DNA from: Squalus acanthias
Lineage: Eukaryota
DNA length: 64,000 nucleotides
Reading direction: 5' to 3'
Assembly: GCA_030390025.1 (NCBI GenBank)
Contig: CM059431.1
Location: 158,722,001-158,786,000, forward strand
Notes under the pieces: generated by a model
What the model saw: only the letters and a program-made list of their open reading frames with translations
Told to the model about the DNA's origin: nothing
Database searches by the model: none
Translations under genes and position numbers: made by a program
Part shown: positions 11,585 through 22,700 of the stretch, in pieces
Layout: every line of letters begins with the position of its first letter
How positions within the stretch are numbered: position 1 is the first letter of the stretch

Positions 11585-12511
11585 ATGGCAGGGGAGGCAG
11601 TGAAATGTTCCTCCTGCAGAATGTTTGAGGTGAGGGACGCCGTCGGTGTCCCTGCTGATTACACCTGTGGGAAGTGCACCCATCTCCAGCTCCTCGAAAA
11701 CCGCGTTAGGGAACTGGAGCTGGAGCTGGATGAACTTCGGATCATTCGGGAGGCAGAGGTGGTCATAGATAGAAGCTTCAGGGATGTAGTTACTCCAAAG
11801 AATGAAGATAGATGGGTGACGGTGAGAGGGGCTAGGAGGAAGCAGTCAGTGCAGGGATCCTATGTGGTCGTTCCCCTCAGTAACAAGTATAACGCTTTGG
11901 ATACTGTTGAGGGGGACGACCTACCAGTGGTAAGCCACGGTGACCAGATCTCCGGCTCTGAGTCCGTCCCTGTGGCTCAGAAGGGAAGGGGGGAGAGCAG
12001 GAGAGCATTGGTTATTGGGGACTCAATAGTCAGAGTGACAGATAGGAGGTTCTGTGGCAGCAAAAGAGACTCACGGATGGTATGTTGCCTCCCGGGTGCC
12101 AGGGTCCGTGACGTCTCGGACTGTGTTCTCAGAATCCTCAAGGGGGAGGGGGAACATTCACAAGTCGTGGTACACATCGGTACCAACGACATAGGTAGGA
12201 GAAGGGATGGGGATTTAAAACAGGAATTTAGGGAGCTAGGTTGGAATCTGAGAGCCAGTACAAACCATGTTGTAATCTCTGGTTTGTTGCCGGTGCCACG
12301 TGCTGGCGAGTTGAGGAATCGGGACAGAGTGCAGATAAACACGTGGCTGCAGGGATGGTGTAGGGGGGAGGGTTTCAGTTATGTGGATATTTGGAGCACA
12401 TTCTGGGGAAGGTGGGACCTGTACAAACAGGACCGTTTGCACCTGAACCAGAGGGGCACCAATATCCTGGGAGTGAAATTTGCTGCGGCTCTTCGGGGGG
12501 GTTTAAACTAA
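11585..12511 (+). CDS. Intact CR1 ORF1p: C2C2 Zn finger, coiled coil, SGNH esterase
   Basis: CSSC...CGKC; LQLLENRVRELELELDEL; SGNH blocks VIGDSIV, LPGARV, IGTND, DRLHL. Confidence 0.9.
   Translation: MAGEAVKCSSCRMFEVRDAVGVPADYTCGKCTHLQLLENRVRELELELDELRIIREAEVVIDRSFRDVVTPKNEDRWVTVRGARRKQSVQGSYVVVPLSNKYNALDTVEGDDLPVVSHGDQISGSESVPVAQKGRGESRRALVIGDSIVRVTDRRFCGSKRDSRMVCCLPGARVRDVSDCVLRILKGEGEHSQVVVHIGTNDIGRRRDGDLKQEFRELGWNLRASTNHVVISGLLPVPRAGELRNRDRVQINTWLQGWCRGEGFSYVDIWSTFWGRWDLYKQDRLHLNQRGTNILGVKFAAALRGGLN
12502..12508 (+). promoter_or_regulatory. Candidate -1 frameshift slippery heptamer (copy B)
   Basis: GGT TTA AAC TAA ends ORF1; the -1 frame reads FKLICQGDGKKGCSPGASGECR*VLRR...LKCVYFNARSI (the TAG is GAG in copy A), with no in-frame ATG. 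Confidence 0.7.
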
Positions 12512-15384
12512 TTTGTCAGGGGGATGGGAAAAAGGGCTGCAGTCCAGGAGCCAGTGGTGAGTGTAGGTAGGTACTGAGGAGGGTATCAAGGTCGCAGGAA
12601 TGTACCGGCAGACAGGAAGGTGGATTGAAGTGCGTCTACTTCAATGCAAGGAGCATCTCGAATAAGGTAGGAGAACTTGGAGCGTGGATTGGTACTACGA
12701 TGTGGTGGCCATTACGGAGACATGGTTAGAACAGGGACAGGAATGGTTGTTGGAAGTTCCGGGATATAGATGTTTCAGTAAGAGTAGGGAAGGTGGTAAG
12801 AAAGGTGGAGGAGTAGTATTGTTAATCAAGGATAGTTTAACAGCGGCAGAAAGGCAGTTCGAGGGATATCTGCCGTCTGAGGTAATGAGGGCTGAAGTTA
12901 GAAATAGGAAAGGGGCGGTCACGTTGTTAGGAGTTTTCTACAGGCCCCCAAATAGTAATAGAGATGTGGAGGAAGAAATTGCAAAGCAGATTATGAATAG
13001 GTGTGGAGGTCACAGAGTAGTTGTCATGGGTGACTTCAGCTTTCCAAATATTGATTGGAACCTTTATAGGTCAAACAGTTCGGATGGGATAGTTTTTGCA
13101 CAGTGTGTGCAGGAAGGTTTCCTGACACAATATGTGGATCGGCCGACAAGAGGTGGGGCCACATTGGATTTGGTACTGGGTAATGAATCGGGCCAAGTGT
13201 TTGATTTGTATGTGGGAGAGCACTTTGGAGATAGTGATCACAATTCGGTGACTTTCACTATTGCAATGGAGAGGGTTAGGGCCATACGGCAGGCAGGGTT
13301 TATAATTGGGGGGTGGGGTAATTATGATGCGATTAGGCAAGAATTAGGGAGCATACGATGGGAGCAGAAACTATCAGGGAAAGGCACAAACGAAAAGTGG
13401 TGCTTTTTCATGGAGCAATTACTGCGTGTCCTTGATAGGTATGTCCCTCTCAGGCAGGGAGGAAATGGCCGAGTGAGAGAACCATGGTTCACAAAAGAGG
13501 TTGAATGTCTAGTCAAGAGGAAAAAGGAAGCGTATGTAAGGATGAGAAAACAAGGTTCAGTTGGGTCGATTGAGGGGTACAAGGTAGCAAGGAATGAGCT
13601 AAAAAAAGAGCTTAGGAGAGCTAGGAGGGGGCATGAGAAGTCCTTGGCGGGTCGGATCAAGGAAAACCTCAAGGCTTTTTACTCTTATGTGAGAAATAAA
13701 AGAATGACCAGGGTGAGGGTAGGCCGGTCAAGGACAGTAGTGGGAACTTGTGCATGGAGTCAGAACAGATAGGAGAGGTGATGAATGAATCCTTTTCGTC
13801 AGTGTTCACCGAGGAGAGGGGCCATGTTTTTGAGGATGAGAGTGTGATAAAGGTGGATAGGCAGGTGGAGGTAGATGTTCTGAGGGAAGATGTTTTAGCA
13901 ATTTTGAAGAACCTGAGGGTCGATTAATGCCCTGCGCCAGATGGGATATATCCTTGGATTCTTTGGTAGGCCTGGGAGGAGATTGCAGAGCCTTTGGCTT
14001 TGATCTTTGGGTCCTCACTGTCCACGGGGATGATGCCAGATGACTGGAGAGTGGCGAATGTTGTTCCTCTCTTCAAGAAAGGAAATAGGACTGACCCTGG
14101 TAATTATAGGCCGGTCAGTCTTACTTCGGTGGTTGGTAAGATAATGGAAAAGTTCCAGATTTATGATCATTTGCAAAGATGCAACTTAATCCGGGATAGT
14201 CAACACGGATTCGTGAAGGGGAAGTCTTGCCTAACAAATTTGATTGAATTCTTTGAGGAGGTAACTAAGTGTGTAGATGAAGGTAGAGCAGTTGATGTCG
14301 TATACATGGATTTTAGTAAGGCGTTTGATAAAGTTCCCCATGGTCGGCTCATGAAGATAGTAAGGAGTTGTGGGATAGAGGGAAATTTGGCCGATTGGAT
14401 AAGTAACTGGCTATCTCATAGAAGGCAGAGGGTGGTGGTGGATGGAAAATTTTCGGACTGGAGACCAGTTACCAGCGGTGAGCCACAGGGGTCGGTTCTG
14501 GGTCCAGTGCTGTTTGTGATTTTTATCAATGACTTGGAGGAGGGGACTGAAGGGTGGATCAGTAAATTTGCTGATGACACCAAGATTGGTGGAGTAGTGG
14601 ATGTGGTGGAGAGCTGTTGTAGGTTGCAAAGAGACATTGATAGGATGCAGAGCTGGGCCGAAAAATGGCATATGGAATTTAACCCTGATAAGTGCGAGGT
14701 GATTAATTTTGGCAGGGCAAATTTGAATAAGGAGTACAGGGTCAACGGCAGGGTTCTGAGGAACGTGGAGGAACAGAGGGATCTGGGGGTTCATATCCAC
14801 AGATCTCTGAAGGTTGCCACTCAAGTGGATAGAGCAGTAAATAAGGCCTATAGTGTGTTAGCGTTTATTAACAAGGGGTTTGAGTTTAAGAACCGTGAGG
14901 TTATGCTGCAACTGTACAGGACCTTGGTGAGACCACATTTGGAATATTGTGTGCAGTTCTGGTCACCTCACTATAGGAAGGACGTGGAACCATTGGAAAG
15001 AGTGCAAAGAAGATTTACCAGGATGCTGCCTGGTTTGGGCGGAGGTCTTATGAGGAAAGATTGAGGGAGCTAGGGCTTTTCTCTTTAGAGCGGAGGAGGA
15101 TGAGAGGCGACTTAATAGAGGTTGATAAGATGATGAGGGGGATAGATAGAGTGGATGTTCAGAGACTATATCCTCGGGTGGATGTAGCTGTTGCAAGGGG
15201 GCATAACTATAAGGTGCATGAGGGGAGATATGGAAGGGATGCCCGAGGTAGATTATTCAATCAGAGAGTGGTTGGGCTGTGGAATGGACTTCCTGCTGTG
15301 ATAGTGGAGTCGGGCACTTTAGGAACTTTCAAGCGGTTATTGGATAAGCAAATGGAGCACACCAGAATGATAGGAAAGGGATAG
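12502..15384 (+). pseudogene. CR1 ORF2, disrupted
   Basis: TAG at 12568, 7-bp deletion near 12695, frameshifts; fragments 12684-13772, 13994-15064, 15061-15384. Confidence 0.9.
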
Positions 15385-16038
15385 CTTGATCTTGGTTTCG
15401 GACAATGCTCGGCACAATATCGAGGGCCGAAGGTCCTGTACTGTGCTGTACTCTTCTATGTTCTATATTAAAATCGGCCTTCCCCCAATTTAGAACCTTT
15501 ATACCCGGTCCATCTTTGTCCTTTTCCATGAATACCTTAAGTCTCACCGAATTACGGTCACTGTCACGAAAATGCTCTCCGACAGATACTTCTACCACTT
15601 GCCTGGCTGCATTCCCTAGTATTAGTTCCACTACCGCCCCCTCTCTTGTAGGACTTTCTACAAACTGGCTCAAAAAGCTCTCCTGGATGCACTTTAATAA
15701 TTCCGCACCCTCTAAGCCTATCACACTCTGACTGTCCCAGTTAATATTGGGGAAGTTGAAAACCCCTACTATTATTACCCTATTATATCTACACTTCTCT
15801 GAGATTTGCGTTTATATCTGTTCCTCTATCGCCCCTGAATGATTGGGGGCCTATTGTACACTCCTAGGAAAGTGCTTGTCCCCTTTCTGTTTTTAAGTTC
15901 TACCCATATGGCCTCATTAGAGGAACCTGCTATGATATCATCCCTCCTTACTGCAGTAATTGACTCATTGATTAACATTGCGACACCCCCTCATCTTTTA
16001 CACCCACATCTGTCTCGCCTGAAGATTCTATGCACCGT

Positions 16039-18480
16039 AATAACGTTCCCTCTGTCCTAGCCCTGAACTCGCATCTTTCTCCAGCTTCTCTCTGGTCTCC
16101 TCCCCTGACCTCTCCCTCACTCATCGTGTCTGTGAGACCCAGTTCCTGCTCGCTCGATCCTATTCCCAGCTATCTGCTGACCACCCATTTCCTTTTTTGG
16201 CTCCCATGTTAGCTGACATTATTAATGGCTCTCTCTCCTCAGGTAGTAGTCCCTCTCTCCTTCAAATCTGCCGTCATCACCACTTTCCTCAAATAAATAA
16301 CTGTCGACTGCTCCGTCCTTGCAAATTTCCGCCCCAACTCCAACTTCCCTTTCTGCTCCAAATTCCTTGAACACGTTGTTGCCTTCCAAAGCCATTCCCA
16401 TCTTTCCTGGAACTCCATATTTGAGTGCCTCAATCGGGTTTCCGCCCCTGCCACAGTAATGAAACGGCTCTGATCAAGGTCACAAATGACATCCTTTGTG
16501 ACTGCGAAAAAGACAAATTATGCCTCCTCGGCCTTCTCGACTTCTCAGCACCCTTTGACACGCTTGACCACTCCACACTCCTCCAACGCCTTTCCACCGT
16601 CGTTCAGCTGTTTGTGACTGCACTCGCCTGGTTCCATTTTTATTCATCATAGACAGAGAATCACCTGCAATGGCTTCTCTTCTCACTCGCGCATCACTAC
16701 CTCTGGTTTCCCCCAAGAATCTATCCTTGACCCCTTCCTATTTTTCATCTACATGCTGTCCCTTGACAACTTCATCGGAAAACAAAGCTTCAGTTTCCAC
16801 GTTTACGCTGACGACACGCAGCTCTAGCTCACTACCACTTCTCTCGAGCCCTTCACTGTCTCTAAATTGTCAGACTGCTTGTCCGACATCCAGTTCTGGA
16901 TGAGCAGAAAATTTCTACAGATAAATATTGGGAAGCAATTGTTTTCATTCCCCGTCACTGACTCCATCCCTCTCCCTAACATCTGTCTGAGGTTTAACGA
17001 CACTATTTGCAATCTTGGATTCAGATTTGTGCCTGAAAGCTGCCTCCGACAAAGTTTCCGCGGCCTAACTAAGACCGCCTATTTCCACCTCCACCATCGC
17101 TTGTCTCCAAACCTGCATCAGAAAAAACGGTTCCTGAAACCCGCATCCATGCCTTTGTTACCTCCAGTCTTGACTGTTCTAAAACACTCCTGGCTGGCCA
17201 CCCACATTCTACCCTACGTAAGTTAGAGGCCACTCTAAACTCGGGTACCAGTGTCCTAACTCGCACAAAGTGCCATTCACCCATCACCCCTGTGCTCGCT
17301 GACCTTGGAAAACGTGGACAACTTTCCATACCTCGGGAAACTGCTCTCAACAAGGGCGTCGATGACGAAGTCCAACACTGCCTTCAGTGTGCCAGTGCAG
17401 CCTTCGTTCGCCTGAGGAAGAGAGTGTTTGAAGACCAGGACCGCAAACCCAGCCCCAAGCTAATGGTCAACAGAGCAGTAGTGATACCCTCCCTCCTGTA
17501 TGCTTCGGAGTCATGGAGCAAGTACAGCAAGCACCTCAAAGATCCGGAGAGGTAACACCAACGCTGCCTCCGCAAGATCCTGCAAATCTATTGACTGGAA
17601 ATGCACACCAACATCAGTGTTCTAGCTCAGGCCAACATCCCCAGCATCGAAGCTTTCACCATGTTGCATCAGTTCCGATGGACGGGCCACATCGTCCGCC
17701 TACCCGATACGAGACTCCCAAAACAAGAGCTGTACTCGGAGCTCTGACACAGCAAGAGAAACCCAGAAGGGCAGAGGAAAATCTTCGAGGACACCCGCAA
17801 AGTCTCCTTGAAAATGTGCAACATCCCTACCGACACCTGGGAATATCTGGCCCAAGACCAGACAAAGTGGAATAGAAGCACCCGGGAAGGCGCCGATCAC
17901 CTCGAGCCTCTTCGCCGGGAGCAAGCGTAAGCCAAGTGCAAGCAGCGGAAGAAGCACAGGTCAAACCAAGCACCACACCCACCCGGCCCTACAACCACCG
18001 TCTGCCTCACCTATGACAGAAACTGTAGGTACCGCATTGGACTCATCAGTCACCTGGGAAGTAATTTTTAGTGTCGAAGCAAGTCATCCTCGGTTCCGAG
18101 GGACTGCATAAGAAGAAGAGACATTGGATCCCGGTTACAAACGCCTGGATTTCAAAATTCTCACCGTTCTTTCAATTCCCTCCATGGCCTCGCACCTCCC
18201 TACCTCTAATCTCTTCCAGTCTCCCCGCCCCACCGCAAGATAGGTGCGCACCTATAATTCAGCCCACTTGCGCATACCTGATTATATTCGCTCAACTATT
18301 GGTGGCCGTGCCTTCAGTTGCCAAGGCTCTAAGCTGTGGAATTCCCTCATTAAACCTCTCCGCCTCTCTACCTCGATTTCACTCCTTTATATCGCTCCTT
18401 AAACCTACCTGTTTGAACAATCTGTTATTCATCTGCGCTAATTTCACCTTATGTGTCACGGTGTCAATTTATTTTCTTAT
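16039..18480 (+). mobile_element. L2-clade LINE, decayed RT and 3' part
   Basis: QSGFRPCHSNETALIKVTNDIL, LLDFSAPFDT, YADDTQL; paralogous to 33532-35970 and 45410-47035. Confidence 0.85.
17306..18120 (+). mobile_element. RTE-clade LINE 3' fragment inserted in L2
   Basis: FPYLG, YASESW and WTGHIVRxPDTRLPKQELYSEL motifs; GAA-repeat tail; empty site GACCT|ACATAGG at ~46675. Confidence 0.85.
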
Positions 18481-18556
18481 AACAACAACTTTTATACGTA
18501 TAGCGCGTTTAACGTTCTAAAACGTCCCAAGGCACTGCACAGGACTATTGTAAGAC

Positions 18557-19775
18557 AAAAATTAAGTACTGCAGATGCTGGAAATCTGAAATAAAAACAG
18601 AAAGTGCTGGAGAACCTCAGCAGGTCTGGCAGCATCTGTGAAGAGAGAAACAGAATTCCCGTTTCAGGTCGATGACCTTTCGTCAGAATTGGAAAAAAGC
18701 AGGACGTGAAACAGATTTTTAAGCAACTGCAGAGGTTGGGAAAGTGGGGAGGGGATGAAAGAACAAAAGGGAAGGTCTGTGATAGGATATAAGGCGGAAG
18801 AGGTTAAGAGACATTCAGAGATATTCAAGGAAAAAGGAGATGGTAATGTGACAGGTTAAGAAACAAACGATGGCTCTCGATGAAGTGTAAATTGCGCTGG
18901 CAAAATGAAAGACAGCTGCCATGTGTGGGGAAAGAAATAAAAGACAGAAAAAGATTGTGGATAAAAAATATATTTATATATGATAGGTGCCGACGTTATA
19001 ACCTGAAATTGTTGAACACTGTTTTGAGTCCAGATGGCTCTAAAGTGTCTAATCGGAAGATGAGGTTCTGTTCCTCGAGCTTACGCTGAGCTTCCGTGGA
19101 ACAATGCAAGAGGCCGAGGACGGTGAGGTCTGAGTGTGTGTGGAGCGGTGAGATAAAGTGACAGGCGACCGGAAGCTCGGGGTCCCTCTTACGGAATGAA
19201 CGCAGGTGTTCCGCAAAGCGGTCACCCAAGCTGCCTTTCGTCTCCCCAATGTAAAGGAGACCACATCGTGAGCAGCGAATACATTATACTAAATTGCAAG
19301 ATGTACAAGTAAATCGCTGTTTCACCTGGAAGGGGTGGTTCGGTCCCTGGACAGCTGGAAGGATGGAGATATAAGGGCATGTTTTGCATCTCCTGCGCTT
19401 GCACGGGAAGGTGCCGGGCGAAGGGGAAGGGGTGTTCGTAGTGATAGAGGAGTGAACTAGGCTGTCGTGGAGTAAGCGGTTCGTACAGAACGCTGAAAGT
19501 GGAGGTGAGGGGAAGATGCATTTGGTGGTGTCATCACGCTGGTGGTTGCGGAAATGGTGGAGTAAGATCCGTTGAATGTGGAGGCTGGTGGGGTGAAAGG
19601 TGAGGACAAGGGGAACTCTGTCGTGGGTCCGGGAGGGAGGGACAGGGATGAGGGCAGTAGTGCGGGAGATAGAACGGACACGTTCAAGCGACGTGTCAAC
19701 CAATGTAGCGGGGAATCCTCGTTGAGGAAAAAGGAAGACATGTCAGAAGTACTGGTATGGAAGGTTGCATTTTAG
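18557..19775 (-). mobile_element. Penelope-like element 3' part (GIY-YIG endonuclease, pLTR)
   Basis: RVPLVLTFHP, GTFPCKRRRCKTC, FTCTSCNLV, GDRFAEHLRS, PVACHF, RKLEEQNLIFRL; hammerhead remnant at 18654-18690. Confidence 0.88.
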
Positions 19776-22700
19776 AACACCCTCACTTACCCAGTCCCGA
19801 CACCCTCACTGACCCAGCCGCGACACCCTCACTGACCCAGTCCCGACACCCTCACTGACCCAGTCCCGACACCCTCTCTGACCAGCCCCAACACCCTCTC
19901 TCAACAACCCCAACACCCACTCTGACCAGCCCCGACACCCTCACTGACCCAGTCCCGACACCCTCACTGACACAACCCCAACACCCTCTCTGACCAGCCC
20001 CAACACCCTCTCTGACCAGCCCCAACACCCTCTCTCAACAACCCCAACACCCTCACTGCACCAACCACAACACCCTCTCTGACCCAACCCCAACACCCTC
20101 TCTGACCAGCCGCAACACCCTCTCTCACCAGCCCCAACACCCTCACTGACCAGCCCCGACATTATCACTGACCCAGCTACACAACGACAACCCACTCACG
20201 CAGGCCAGCACCGACACCCCACTGACTCAGCCCAACACCGACACACCACTGACCCAGCCCTGAACCGACACCCCACTGACCAAGTCCTACACCGATACAC
20301 CACTGACACAGCCACACTCCGACAACCCACAGACCCAAGCCACACACCAACACCCCACTGTCCCAGCCCAACACCGACACCACTGTCCCAGTCCTACACC
20401 GACACCCCACTGACCATGTCCTACACCGACACCCCACTGACACAGCCCAAAACCGAAACACTCACTGACCTAACACCGACAGCTCAGAGACACAGCTCAA
20501 CACCGAAACCCTACTGACACAGCACAACAACGACACCCCACTGACCCAGCCCAACACCGACACCCTCACTGACCCAGCACAACAACGACACCACAATGAC
20601 CCAGCCCAACACCGATACGCTCACTGACCCAACAGCGACACCCCAGTCACCTTACCTAAAGACCGACACCCCGCTGACACAGACCGACAACGGAACCACC
20701 CTGAGACACCCGAACACAGGAACACCAGTAACACAGCCCAAACCGACACCCCACTTACCCAGCCCAACACAAACATCCCACTTAAACAGCCCGACACCGA
20801 AATCCCACAGGCACAGACATATAACGAAACCCCACTGATCGAGCGCAACACCGACACCCCACTCACCCAGCCCAACACCGACACCCCACTCAACCAGCCC
20901 AACACCGAAACCCTACTCACCCAGCCCAACACCGAAACCTCACTGACACAGCCCAACACCGACACCCCACTGACACAGCCCAATACCGACAAACTCACTG
21001 ACCCAACACCGACACCCTACAGACACAGCACAACACCGAAACCCTACTGACACAGCACAACAACGACACCCCACTGACACAGCCCAACAGCGAAACCTCA
21101 CTGACACAGCCCAACACCGAAACACCACTGACACAGCCCAATACCGAAACCATACAGACCCAGCCCAACACCGACACCACACTGACCCAGACTTACACCG
21201 ATACCCCACTGACCCAGTCCGATACCGGCACCCCACTGACCCAGTCCTATACCGAAACCCAACTGTCCCAGCCCAACAGCGACACCCCACTGACCCAATC
21301 CCAAAATCAACACCCTCATTGACCCAACACCGACACCACACTGACCCAGCCCAACACCGACAACACACTGACCCAGCCCAACACCGACACCACATTGACC
21401 CAGCCCAACACCGACACACACTGACTCGGCGTCAACCCGACACACAACTGACCGAGCCCAACACAGACAATCCACATACCCAGAACAAAACCGACATCAT
21501 CTCTGATCCAGTCCGACACCGACACCACACTGACCCAGCCCAACACCAAAACCCATTGACACAGCCATACACCGACACTCGAGTTACCCACGCTATAGCC
21601 GACATCCTCTCTGACCAAGCCCGACACCGACAGCAACTGACCCCGCCAAACACCGACACCCCACTGACCCAGCTCAATACCGAAACCCTCACTTACCCAA
21701 CGCCGACACCCAACTGACCCGGCCCATCATCGACACCCCAATGACCCAAACCCGATACCCCATTGACCCAGTCCAAAACCGACACCCCACTGACCCAGCA
21801 CCGACACCACACTGACCCAGACCAATACCGACACCACACTGTCGCAGCCCTACACCGAAACCCCACTGACCCAACACGGACAACCCACTGTCCCAGTACT
21901 ACACCGATAACCCACTGACCCAGACCAACACCGACACCACACTGACCCAGCCCAACACCGACACCCACTGACCCAGCCCAACACCGACACCCCACTGACC
22001 CAGCCCAACAGCGACACCCACTGACCCAGCGCAACACCGACACCCCACTGACCAAGTCCTACACCGACACCCCACTGACCCAGCCCTACACTGGCACACA
22101 ACTGTCCCAACCCAACACCGACAACCCACTGACCCAGACCAACACCGACAACCCACTAATCCAGCCCTACACTGGCACCCAACTGTCCAACCCAACACCG
22201 ACAACCCACTGTCCCAGACCAACACCGACAACCCACTGACCCAACACCGACACCCCACTGACCCAACACCGACACCCCACTGACACAGTCCAACACCGAC
22301 AACCCACTGACCCAGACCAACACCGACAACCCACTGACCCAACATCGACACCCCACTGACCCATTCCTACACGGACAACCCATTGACTCACACCAACACG
22401 GACACCCCACTTTCCCAGGACGAAGCCGACATCCTCACTGACCCAGACCGACACCGACACTAACTGACCAAGCCCAACACCGACTCCTCACTGACCCAAT
22501 CCAACACCGACACCCAACTGACGCAGCCCAACACCGTCACCCCACTGACCCAACATCGACACCCCACTGACCCAGACCAACACCGACAACCCACTGACGC
22601 AAAATCGACACCCCACTGACCCAGTCCTACACCGACATCCCATTGACCCAGACAACACCGACACCCCACTGACCCAGTCCTACACCGACAACCCATTGAC

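Larger units (their letters stand above)
11172..15465 (+). mobile_element. CR1 family A/B full-length element (copy B)
   Basis: Same structure and same 3' insertion junction (TATTAAAATCGGCC) as copy A, offset 11170 bp; empty site GATCA|TATTAAAA at ~28220. Confidence 0.95.
7197..16043 (-). mobile_element. CR1 family M copy 2, in three pieces (7197-8668, 10634-11171, 15466-16043)
   Basis: Pieces rejoin to match the uninterrupted copy at 26225-28801; split by two plus-strand CR1 insertions. Confidence 0.9.

Noticed and set aside
610..15731. Numerous ORFs antisense to the CR1 ORFs
   Set aside because: Shadow ORFs opposite LINE coding sequence, with no independent motifs
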